A stretch of DNA of 49,047 bases from Verrucomicrobiota bacterium (GTDB lineage: Bacteria > Verrucomicrobiota > Verrucomicrobiia > Limisphaerales > CANJXF01), in NCBI GenBank assembly GCA_038214755.1, contig JBBQRQ010000029.1, forward strand, positions 1-49,047, read 5' to 3'. Positions 19,204-27,464 of this stretch are shown one piece after another (the stretch's first letter is position 1; every line of letters starts with the position of its first letter). The translations under genes were made by a program, and so were the position numbers. The notes beneath the pieces are model-generated. The model searched no databases. It saw nothing but the letters and a program-made list of their open reading frames with translations, and had not been told where the DNA came from.

Positions 19204-21066
19204 TCACGAAATTTTCAGCCAGACCGTTTTCAGGTAACCGGGTTCCTCGCGGGAAATGGGAAAATCCGGCGGCTGAGGAACGTAATGTTGTTGGAGAATT
19301 TTTCGTTTTGCACGATTCGTTGCGTTGTAAATCGTTTCCAAAAAATCCTCCGGCTTCCAATTCGCGGCGTTGGTCGAGGCGAACAAAATTCCACCGCTTT
19401 TCAACAACGGCAGCGCCACAGAAACCAGTTTGCCAAAATCTTTCTCCACTCGAAATGTCCCCTGCTCCTTTGACTGCGAAAAAGTCGGTGGATCCAAAAT
19501 GATCACGTCGAATTGCCTCTGCTTTTTTGCCAGGCGTTTCATCCAATCGAAAGCGTCGCCGAAAATAAATTCGTGTCGGGCGGGATCGATTTCATTCAGA
19601 ACAAAATTGCGCTTGCCCCATTCCAAATATTTTTTTGAAAGATCGAGACTTGTCACCGTTGCGCCCGCTTTCGCCGCGCAAACGGAAAAGCCACAGGTGT
19701 AGGAAAACGCGTTAAGAACTTCGATTGCACCCTCGCTTGTAGCGGCGGTCTGTGACCGCCGCTGATTTTCCGCTGTGCCACGGCGGTCACAGGCCGCCGC
19801 TACCGAAAAGTTGGGTGCGATGTAGTGGGTCAAAAAGCGACGACGATTTTCGCGTTGATCGAGAAAGAGACCGACCGAATAGCCTTCGTTAAAACTGAGC
19901 GCGAATTGAATTCCATTTTCGGAAATCAGAAATGGGTCAGGCGCGACTTCACCTAAAACAAATTGAGGCGAAGCGTCCCTCGATGATATTTGCCCGACCC
20001 GGCGCTTGAGAATTTTGTGATGCGCGCCGCGCAATGAAAATTTTCGCAATAGCTTCTCCAAAATTTCGTGCTGTGCCGGGTGTAATTCCGCACAAAGCGG
20101 CGGAGGACCGCCGCACTCCAAGACGCTTCGCGCCATTCGAGCGCCATCGAACGCCGCGCCCGGTTCTGGGTGGGCGGCGGTCCCCCGCCGCTCTTGCGAC
20201 GATGACACTACTGACTGCGGCGACTCCGATTGTGAGAGCAAAAAATCCCCCAGTCGCTCGACGTACCAACCCGGCCAGCCGTCCGCCGCGCCGTGAATGA
20301 GCCGATACGCATTAGTTTTAGAAATCGTAGCCGCCGACGTGAGGAGGCGGATTTCGCCTGTCAAACTACGAATCCGCCTCCTCACGTCGGCGGCTACGAT
20401 TAAATCGGGTTCGATCAGTGTGGCACGCAGAGCGAGCCGCGACTCCTCTTCGAAATTTGGCGGGCGGGAAAACGCTATCACTTTCCCGGTCGCGGGATGC
20501 TCGAAAGAAAGTTCCGACGCGTGAAGAAATACTTGCGGCGCGGCCGTTCCTCCGTAAAGCGCATCCCCCAGAATTGGGAACCCATGGGCGGCGGCGTGCG
20601 CCCGGATTTGATGGGTCTTGCCCGTGATCGGTTCGGCTTCAACAAAAATATTTTTGGAGCCGTCGCTCGATTTTAGTTTTCGAAAAACAGTTTCAGCGCG
20701 CTCGCCCCCCGCATGATCTGGACGACTGATATATTTCTCTCCTGCCCTGACCAGAACGGATTCCGCTTTCAACTCGTTGAATTTGACCGCGCGGTCCGTC
20801 GCCAAAATATATTTCTTGTGAACGGTTCTGTCTGAAAACTGTTTTGTCAGAGAGCGATTGGCCAAAGTGGTTTTTCCAAAAACCATGACGCCGGAGGTTT
20901 CTTTGTCGAGGCGATGAATGATGGCGAGATTGGCCCAGCGCGGTTCGCGATTTTTCAACCATTCATAAATTCCTTCTCCTGCGAATGGACTGGGCGAGTG
21001 CGTGTTGATTCCGGCGGGCTTGTCGATCACCAGCAAATGTTCATCTTCAAAAATTACCAGAGCCAT
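19204..21066 (-). CDS. Fusion of an RluA-family pseudouridine synthase and an RlmI/RlmK-like SAM methyltransferase, with three in-frame palindromic inserts
   Basis: IHRLDKETSG, TGKTHQIR, ILGD.LYG; GLFLDQRENR, LNAFSYTCGFS, ILDPPTF. Confidence 0.9.
   Translation of the reverse strand: MALVIFEDEHLLVIDKPAGINTHSPSPFAGEGIYEWLKNREPRWANLAIIHRLDKETSGVMVFGKTTLANRSLTKQFSDRTVHKKYILATDRAVKFNELKAESVLVRAGEKYISRPDHAGGERAETVFRKLKSSDGSKNIFVEAEPITGKTHQIRAHAAAHGFPILGDALYGGTAAPQVFLHASELSFEHPATGKVIAFSRPPNFEEESRLALRATLIEPDLIVAADVRRRIRSLTGEIRLLTSAATISKTNAYRLIHGAADGWPGWYVERLGDFLLSQSESPQSVVSSSQERRGTAAHPEPGAAFDGARMARSVLECGGPPPLCAELHPAQHEILEKLLRKFSLRGAHHKILKRRVGQISSRDASPQFVLGEVAPDPFLISENGIQFALSFNEGYSVGLFLDQRENRRRFLTHYIAPNFSVAAACDRRGTAENQRRSQTAATSEGAIEVLNAFSYTCGFSVCAAKAGATVTSLDLSKKYLEWGKRNFVLNEIDPARHEFIFGDAFDWMKRLAKKQRQFDVIILDPPTFSQSKEQGTFRVEKDFGKLVSVALPLLKSGGILFASTNAANWKPEDFLETIYNATNRAKRKILQQHYVPQPPDFPISREEPGYLKTVWLKIS
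19739..19803. repeat. GTAG REPIN in frame in the methyltransferase domain
   Basis: GTAGcggcggtctgtgaccgccg ... cggcggtcacaggccgccgCTAC, translated as VAAACDRRGTAENQRRSQTAAT. Confidence 0.85.
20094..20195. repeat. GGAG-type palindromic element in frame in the same gene
   Basis: aaagcggcggaggaccgccgcactccaa ... gcggcggtcccccgccgctctt, translated as ERRGTAAH...VLECGGPPPL. Confidence 0.75.
20323..20401. repeat. GTAG REPIN with perfect 31-bp arms, in frame near the domain junction
   Basis: aatcGTAGccgccgacgtgaggaggcggatt ... aatccgcctcctcacgtcggcggCTACgatt, translated as IVAADVRRRIRSLTGEIRLLTSAATI. Confidence 0.92.
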
Positions 21067-21068
21067 TG

Positions 21069-21157
21069 AAGTAGGGCAGTGCTTCCAGCCTGCCTCTCGT
21101 TATTTTTTGCGCGGACTTTATTGTAGAAACAGGCAGGCTGGAAGCGCTGCCCTACTT
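21069..21157. repeat. GTAG REPIN filling the intergenic gap
   Basis: aaGTAGggcagtgcttccagcctgcct ... aggcaggctggaagcgctgccCTACtt. Confidence 0.88.
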
Positions 21158-24111
21158 TATTTGGAAATGTAGTCGAGCAAATCGGCGAGGTCTTGCGGCT
21201 TGAGTCCGGCCTCCAAACCTTCGGGCATGAGCGATTGATCCTGGCTCTGAAGTTTTTTGATTTGCGAGCGGAGGATGACATTTTGTTTTCCGAAAGCCTG
21301 GAGCAACGTGACGCTCGTCGGCGTTTCGTTGGCGACCAAGCCGATGGAACTTTCGCCATCCCTTGTCTCGACCTCGAACGCTTTGTAATTCGGCGCGACT
21401 TCGCGATTGGGGTCGAGAATATTGACGAGCATTTTTTCTTTCCCGCTGTTTTTCACCGTCACCATATCGGGGCCGAGCGCGAACCCCATTCCGTCATAGC
21501 GATGACAAGAGGCGCAGCGTTCCGTGTAAATTTTTTTTCCGCGAGCAGGGTTCCCCGCCAGAGCCAGCGCTGGTTGAAAACTTTTTACCACATCGTCGCG
21601 ACGCGCCACCGCGACCGCAGCCAACAACTTTTGCGCCCGTGCGCGCAGTCCATCATCGCGATGATTTTTCAAAAACTTTATTTGTGGCGAAGTCAAATCG
21701 CCCGGGCGAATCGATCCTTTTTCAACAGCATTCAACAAAATGGCCACGCGCTCCGGGCGCGCCAATAAAACGGTGAGGGCGGCGCTGCGCACTCGCGGAG
21801 TCATCGAACCAAAGCGGTCGCTCAACTCTTTGGCCACGGCGGCGTCGGACAAATGGCCGAGCGCATCGACGGCGGCGAGTTGAATCGCTTGCGACTGATT
21901 TTGGCCGAGCAAAGAAATCAAGGTCAGTCCCGATTGCGAATAAGTGGTGATACCGAGCAGTTGAATGGCCTCCACGCGAGTCGCTTCGTCAACGCGTTGA
22001 TCGGCGGCCACCACCGCGGCGCGCGCGAACACCGGCTGGAAATAGACGACCAGATTTTTCAGAGGAGCGCCCGAGCGTTGCAAGCCATCGCCGAAGGCCC
22101 GGACCAGCGGGAAAAGAAATTGCGGATTGCTGGTTCCCCCCAGAGATTTCGCGACGAGAGAGACTTCGTCTGTCTGATGTTTTGTGCCAATCACTCCGGC
22201 CAATTGCGCGAGAAATTCCTGGCCGGGTTTGCTGTTGGAAAAATCCCCGTCGCGATAGAGCAGCGAAAACATCTCGCCGCTTCCCTCGGCCAGAGAACTC
22301 AAGGCGGCCACTCGCATCCAGGAATTGGCCGCGTCCCGTTTTAAAATTTCGGCCAGCGCTGGAATTTTTTCCGGGTGCTTCACGTCGCCGAGGGTGAAAG
22401 CGAGTTGGTAGCGGACATCGAGTGACAAATCTTTCGTGAGCAAACGGAACCGCTCCCATAAACGAGCCGTGGCGACCGGGTCACTCAGAAATTTTTCAGA
22501 TAATTTTATGGCGTGCTGGCGGACCAGGGAATCAGGATCGTGGAGTGAATTGAAAATGGTGGCCTCAGCCAGCGCGTTCAAACCATCCAACGCATAGAGG
22601 GCATGCATCCTCCCGAGAGGCGATTTGGAATTTTCCGCCAGAGCGATGAGCAGCGGCACGGCGGACTTATCCTGTCGTTGATAAAGCAGACGCGCGGCGG
22701 TATCGCGATGCCAGCCGTTCGGACTTTCCAGAGTCGCGACTAATTGTGGAATGGAAGCTTCGCCCAATCGCACCGGCTGCGGACGTTTGTAAGAGTCCGG
22801 CACGATGCGATAAATCCGGCCGCGATCATTGCCGCTGTTCAAGTCGAGATGCTTTTTGATTTGCTCGGGCAGCGACCACGGATGCTCGATCACTTCGCGA
22901 TACATATCGATGACATACAAAGTTCCGTCGGGCGCGTTGGCGAATTGCACCGGGCGAAACCACGTATCGGTTGAGGCAAGGAATTCCACTTTCTGTTCAT
23001 CGGCTGGCCGCGCGGCTTTCACGCCAACACCATCGGGATAAATTTTTTTCCGATGAACCAAATTTCCTCCGGCGTCACCGATAAATGCGTTGTCGAAAAA
23101 ATCCGGTGGGAAGGCGCTGCCGCGATAAATCGTGATGCCCGTGGCCCCGGTAAAATATCCTGCCGAACGTCCGCCGCCTTCGATCGGGCCGGGCGCAATC
23201 CCGCCGACGCGCCACTTGGTGCGAATGACCCGCCACGGTTCTTCCGGGCTGATGCGATAGACCTCCGCCGCCGGACCATCCACCGCGATGTCCACCAGCG
23301 CGCCGGGCATGGCGTAAAAAGGATTTCGCTCCGCGTAACGCGCTTCATACATGAACGTCCGAACGTGCGAACTGTTGCTGCAAACAAATTTTCGCCCTTT
23401 GCTGTCGTAACTCAGCCCGTATTGTCCGCCGCCATTTTCGGCGAACAATTCCATTGAGCGCGGATCAAAACAAAAATCGCGCCCGCTCAAGTCCATGGGT
23501 TTCTGTTGGGTCACGGCGCGGTTCGTCACGATCCCGCCGTTGGGCGCAGTCGCTCCGTGAATGCGATTGTCCAATCCCCAATTAAAACTGTTCAACAACG
23601 CCTGGACATTCAGTCGGTCTTTCGTGTTGCCGAATCCGGTATAAACCACTTTGCGAATGTCGGCCTTGCCGTCGCCATCGGTGTCCTTCAAATAAATAAT
23701 GTCCGGCGATGCCGCGACGAACACGCCACCGTCGTAACAAATCACACCCGTGGGCCACGGCAATTGATCGGCGAGCACGGAAGCTTTTTCAAAAAGCCCA
23801 TCGCCATCCAAATCTTCCAGCACGCGAATTCGCCCAAGCCGTTCATCGCGGCGCTCGGAATAATCAATCATCTCGACGACGAACATCCGTCCATTCTCGT
23901 CAAACGACAGGGCAATGGGGCTGGCAACATTCGGCTCCGAAGCGGCGAGTTCGAGGCGAAAACCTTTTTTGATTTGAAATGTGGCAAGGGCATTCGTGGC
24001 GATGACGGGAGGGAAACGGGGCAAATCTTTTTGCGGATCAAGTTCCGGCGGCGCGGCGTTTCCAGGAAAGATGGCAAAGAGAAAAGCGAACAATGCGAGA
24101 CGAGAAATCAT
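21157..24111 (-). CDS. PVC-type membrane-bound dehydrogenase-domain protein (beta-propeller, HEAT repeats, C-terminal CxxCH cytochrome c)
   Basis: Signal peptide; WGLDNRI, FRPVQ..PDG.LYVIDMYR, GRIYRI; CASCH; SLMPEGLE. Confidence 0.88.
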   Translation of the reverse strand: MISRLALFAFLFAIFPGNAAPPELDPQKDLPRFPPVIATNALATFQIKKGFRLELAASEPNVASPIALSFDENGRMFVVEMIDYSERRDERLGRIRVLEDLDGDGLFEKASVLADQLPWPTGVICYDGGVFVAASPDIIYLKDTDGDGKADIRKVVYTGFGNTKDRLNVQALLNSFNWGLDNRIHGATAPNGGIVTNRAVTQQKPMDLSGRDFCFDPRSMELFAENGGGQYGLSYDSKGRKFVCSNSSHVRTFMYEARYAERNPFYAMPGALVDIAVDGPAAEVYRISPEEPWRVIRTKWRVGGIAPGPIEGGGRSAGYFTGATGITIYRGSAFPPDFFDNAFIGDAGGNLVHRKKIYPDGVGVKAARPADEQKVEFLASTDTWFRPVQFANAPDGTLYVIDMYREVIEHPWSLPEQIKKHLDLNSGNDRGRIYRIVPDSYKRPQPVRLGEASIPQLVATLESPNGWHRDTAARLLYQRQDKSAVPLLIALAENSKSPLGRMHALYALDGLNALAEATIFNSLHDPDSLVRQHAIKLSEKFLSDPVATARLWERFRLLTKDLSLDVRYQLAFTLGDVKHPEKIPALAEILKRDAANSWMRVAALSSLAEGSGEMFSLLYRDGDFSNSKPGQEFLAQLAGVIGTKHQTDEVSLVAKSLGGTSNPQFLFPLVRAFGDGLQRSGAPLKNLVVYFQPVFARAAVVAADQRVDEATRVEAIQLLGITTYSQSGLTLISLLGQNQSQAIQLAAVDALGHLSDAAVAKELSDRFGSMTPRVRSAALTVLLARPERVAILLNAVEKGSIRPGDLTSPQIKFLKNHRDDGLRARAQKLLAAVAVARRDDVVKSFQPALALAGNPARGKKIYTERCASCHRYDGMGFALGPDMVTVKNSGKEKMLVNILDPNREVAPNYKAFEVETRDGESSIGLVANETPTSVTLLQAFGKQNVILRSQIKKLQSQDQSLMPEGLEAGLKPQDLADLLDYISK

Positions 24112-24177
24112 TTCAGAACCAAGCCAGCGAAGGGAGAGGAGTTCAAGAAATTTTTACCAATTCTAAATGCGAAGTTT

Positions 24178-24622
24178 TTTCGGCCTTGTCGAGCGCAGAA
24201 CTTTCTCACCGCTCCCGAGTATCCGCAGCGGCTTTGTCCCAACGTCTGTCGAGCCAGGAACACACGGTAATTAGGACATAAATGGGAACGCACCAGAGGG
24301 CCATCAGAAATGGGGCCATCCGTGGCATATCTTCCCGATCTTCGTCCCAATCGTTTGGCATCGGGGGAGCGGGCCAAGTAGAATAGACGAAACAAAGAAT
24401 CCCCCAGCCAGCGAGAATAGAAAGTATCAGCCCAAGAAATCGAAAACGACCCACCAACCATGCGGAGCCAACCAACACTGCCGGCATCGTAATGACACGC
24501 GCGATGACAAAGGCCATATACTTAACAGAGTCTTGATGGGCATGATTGCTGTGAGTTCAAGTTTTGAATGCTAAATCTCGTTTCGGCCTTGTCCAGCGCA
24601 GAACTTCTTTCACCGCTCCCGA
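24178..24622. repeat. Imperfect ~41-bp direct repeats (24178-24218 and 24581-24622) flanking a small ORF
   Basis: tttcggccttgtcgagcgcagaactttctcaccgctcccga versus tttcggccttgtccagcgcagaacttctttcaccgctcccga. Confidence 0.8.
24206..24517 (-). CDS. Small hypothetical membrane protein (about 3 TM)
   Basis: 103-aa ORF with hydrophobic segments; its stop codon lies inside the direct repeat. Confidence 0.55.
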   Translation of the reverse strand: MAFVIARVITMPAVLVGSAWLVGRFRFLGLILSILAGWGILCFVYSTWPAPPMPNDWDEDREDMPRMAPFLMALWCVPIYVLITVCSWLDRRWDKAAADTRER

Positions 24623-24676
24623 TTCACAATCCAAAAATATTTCGCGCAGGCGGGCGGTGAAGAGTTCCCGTGTCAT

Positions 24677-24878
24677 CAGCCCAGAGGGCTGCCGGAAATT
24701 AGCCGGGGATAACATCCCCGGACGTGTCCGAGTAATATTGCGCCCTGGAATGGCGCGGGAAGATTGGATATTTGGAAAATTTTTTTGGACTCGTCCGCCC
24801 CTGCCGGGGCGAAATATTGTTCGTGTGGCCTGACCGGGGATGTTATCCCCGACTAATTTCCAGCAGTCTTCCAGATTG
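24677..24878. repeat. Long multi-hairpin inverted-repeat element (MITE/REPIN-like)
   Basis: ctgccggaaattagccggggataacatccccgg ... ccggggatgttatccccgactaatttccagcag with internal hairpins. Confidence 0.8.
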
Positions 24879-24947
24879 CCCTCGCCTCAGCGGGCGACTG
24901 CGAAAATTTTCTCGAACAGGAGAACGATTGGAGCATAGTTGCAGTCC

Positions 24948-26432
24948 ATGAAATGTGGCCGCTTAAAAAATTTCTTCCTGGCGCTGGCGCTTGCCCTTTC
25001 CACTTTGCCGTGTTTGGCCGAGGTGCAGAAAACCATCTCAGCCGCCAATCAGCTTTCCGAGGCGGGCGATTTCCAACAGGCGTCGAATTTGCTCGCGTCC
25101 GCTTTGCAAGATTCAAAAGGAGACCTTTCTACTGCCGACAAAAAACAAATCGACTGGCAACTCGATTTACTCGAACGCATTCGCCATGATTATTCGCTGA
25201 CGCAAAACGCGCTCTACGATGCGCTCGACAAATCGCTCAAGGGTTTGACCAAAAAAGAATTTGCGCGCTGGCTCAAAGAAGGGCGCTTCGATGGCCGCGA
25301 TATCAACGGGACGCGCTATTTTGTCGGCACCAGCGTGAGCAATCTTTACTGGCGACATCCGGAATTGAATGCCCGCCGTCGCACGCCGAAGAATGATGCG
25401 GCGGGGCAACGCGCGATGCTGGAAAATTGTCGCGAGATCAAAACTGCCGCCGCAAAAGAAAATAAACCTTACGTTCTCCCGCATCGTTACCAGGCGACGA
25501 TGACCGTCACCGCCGAAAAAAATGTCGCGCATGATGGAGAAATCATGCGCGCCTGGCTGCCGATTCCGCGCGCCACTCCGTTTCAAAAAGATTTCAAACT
25601 GTTGAGCAGTTCTTCGCGCCCAAAATATTTGGCGGATGAAACCAGTCCCATTCGCAGCATTTACCTCGAACAAACAGCGGAGGAAGACCAGCCCACTGAA
25701 TTTCAAATCGTTTACGAATACACGATTCACAGCGTTCACTTTCCGTTGCAATCCGAGCAGGTTAAACCCGCGGACAAAAATGATCCGGCGTTAAAACCGT
25801 TTTTGGCCGAAGCGCCGCACGTCGTTTTTACCGACAAAATCAATGAGCTTGCCCAACAAATTGCGGGCGATGAAAAAAATCCGATGCTACAGGCGAAATC
25901 CTTTTTCGACTGGATTGCGGACAACATTAAATACAGTTTCGCCCGCGAGTATTCCACGCTGACCAACATCAGCGATTACTGCGCGAGCAATGGCTACGGT
26001 GACTGCGGACAGGAGGCGTTGCTTTTCATCACACTCTGTCGGTCGCGCGGAATTGCGGCGCGCTGGCAAACCGGCTGGCATCTGGTTCCAGGCAAACTGA
26101 CCATTCACGATTGGACGGAAATTTATCTCGCGCCCTATGGCTGGGTCCCGGCTGATCCGTGGGCAGGGATCCATGCGATGCGTTATTGCATGAGCTTGAA
26201 ACCGCCGGAGCGCCGCGAGTTGCGTGATTTTTATTTCGGCGGACTCGATCAATATCGAATGATTGCCAACAGTGATCACAACCAACAGTTGCAACCGCCC
26301 AAAAATACTTTTCGCTCCGACGACGTGGACTTTCAACGCGGCGAATTGGAATCGGGGAACAACAACCTCTACTTCGACAAATTTTCTTACGATCTCAAGG
26401 TGGAAGAGTTGAGACCCACATCTTCCAAATAG
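24948..26432 (+). CDS. Secreted transglutaminase-like cysteine protease domain protein
   Basis: Signal peptide; triad GDCGQE / IHDW / WVPADP; LCR..GI.AR. Confidence 0.85.
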   Translation: MKCGRLKNFFLALALALSTLPCLAEVQKTISAANQLSEAGDFQQASNLLASALQDSKGDLSTADKKQIDWQLDLLERIRHDYSLTQNALYDALDKSLKGLTKKEFARWLKEGRFDGRDINGTRYFVGTSVSNLYWRHPELNARRRTPKNDAAGQRAMLENCREIKTAAAKENKPYVLPHRYQATMTVTAEKNVAHDGEIMRAWLPIPRATPFQKDFKLLSSSSRPKYLADETSPIRSIYLEQTAEEDQPTEFQIVYEYTIHSVHFPLQSEQVKPADKNDPALKPFLAEAPHVVFTDKINELAQQIAGDEKNPMLQAKSFFDWIADNIKYSFAREYSTLTNISDYCASNGYGDCGQEALLFITLCRSRGIAARWQTGWHLVPGKLTIHDWTEIYLAPYGWVPADPWAGIHAMRYCMSLKPPERRELRDFYFGGLDQYRMIANSDHNQQLQPPKNTFRSDDVDFQRGELESGNNNLYFDKFSYDLKVEELRPTSSK

Positions 26433-26447
26433 TTTTTCCGAACCTTC

Positions 26448-27269
26448 ATGAATCTTTCCAAACAAAAACAAGCGCTTCGTTGCGCCATCGAAGCGGCTCG
26501 CGCGGCCGGGCAGACGATGAGAAAAAATTTTCGTCTCCCGAAAAAAATCAACGAACAATCGCGGCACGACATCAAATTGGAACTTGACGTGCGCTGTCAA
26601 AAGTTGATTCAAGAAACGCTCCACAAAAAATTTCCCGACGTTTCGTTTCTCGGCGAGGAAGGATGCAGCGGCGATGGTGAGTCTGCATTTCGATGGGTTG
26701 TCGATCCGATCGACGGCACGGTGAATTTCACCCACGAAATTCCCCACTCATGCGTCTCGATTGCGCTGCAAGGAAAAGTTCAAGGTTCAAAGTTTAAGGT
26801 TCAAAGTCGAGTTGCAGATTACGAAACTCTAGTCGGCGTGGTTTACGACCCGTTTTGCGATGAGCTATGGACAGCCATCCGTGGGCAACCCGCGCGCCTG
26901 AATGGAAAAGTGATTCACGTCAGCAAAAGACCTCGACTGGATCAAGCGATTGTTTCCATCGGATTCGGTAAATCAAAAACTACGGTCGATGCCACACTCA
27001 CTTACTTCACCAAGCTAATGCGGCGGGTGCGCAAAGTTCGAATGATGGGCGCGGCGGCTTTAGGCATGGTCTATGTCGCCAGTGGCAGGTTCGACGCCTA
27101 TATCGAAGGGAACATTCGTATCTGGGACATCGCGGCGGGAGGATTGATTTTGGAGTGCGCGGGCGGCGAATTTTGGAACCGTGTTACTGCGGGTGAGCAT
27201 ACTTACCGGATGATTGCCAACAACGGCTTGTTGCGTCGGCAACTGGAGAACCTGGGCAGGCTGACGTGA
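26448..27269 (+). CDS. suhB: Inositol monophosphatase family protein
   Basis: LGEE, WVVDPIDGTVNF, YVASGRFDAY, WDIAAG. Confidence 0.85.
   Translation: MNLSKQKQALRCAIEAARAAGQTMRKNFRLPKKINEQSRHDIKLELDVRCQKLIQETLHKKFPDVSFLGEEGCSGDGESAFRWVVDPIDGTVNFTHEIPHSCVSIALQGKVQGSKFKVQSRVADYETLVGVVYDPFCDELWTAIRGQPARLNGKVIHVSKRPRLDQAIVSIGFGKSKTTVDATLTYFTKLMRRVRKVRMMGAAALGMVYVASGRFDAYIEGNIRIWDIAAGGLILECAGGEFWNRVTAGEHTYRMIANNGLLRRQLENLGRLT
26775..26809. repeat. Heptamer tandem repeat (AA[AG]GTTC, 5 units) inside suhB
   Basis: aaagttc aaggttc aaagttt aaggttc aaagtcg, translated as KVQGSKFKVQS. Confidence 0.8.
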
Positions 27270-27275
27270 GAAGTA

Positions 27276-27450
27276 GTAGCCGCCGAGGTGGGGACCCCAT
27301 GAACGGGCCAGCGTTGGTAGGGCGCGTCACTCCGTGCGCCGGGGCGACAAGTACGGCGCGCACGGAGTGACGCGCCCTACCTTGAGGTTCGTGGGGAAGC
27401 GGATTCGTCATCTTCTCAGGCAAAATCCGCCTCCTTACGTCGGAGGATAC
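27276..27450. repeat. Nested palindromic elements (three layers)
   Basis: Outer element of the 20323 family with a split left arm; middle ccccatgaac...gttcgtgggg; inner gGTAGggcgcgtcactccgtgcgc...gcgcacggagtgacgcgccCTACc (27316-27381). Confidence 0.8.
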
Positions 27451-27464
27451 GGGTATCGTCAAAC

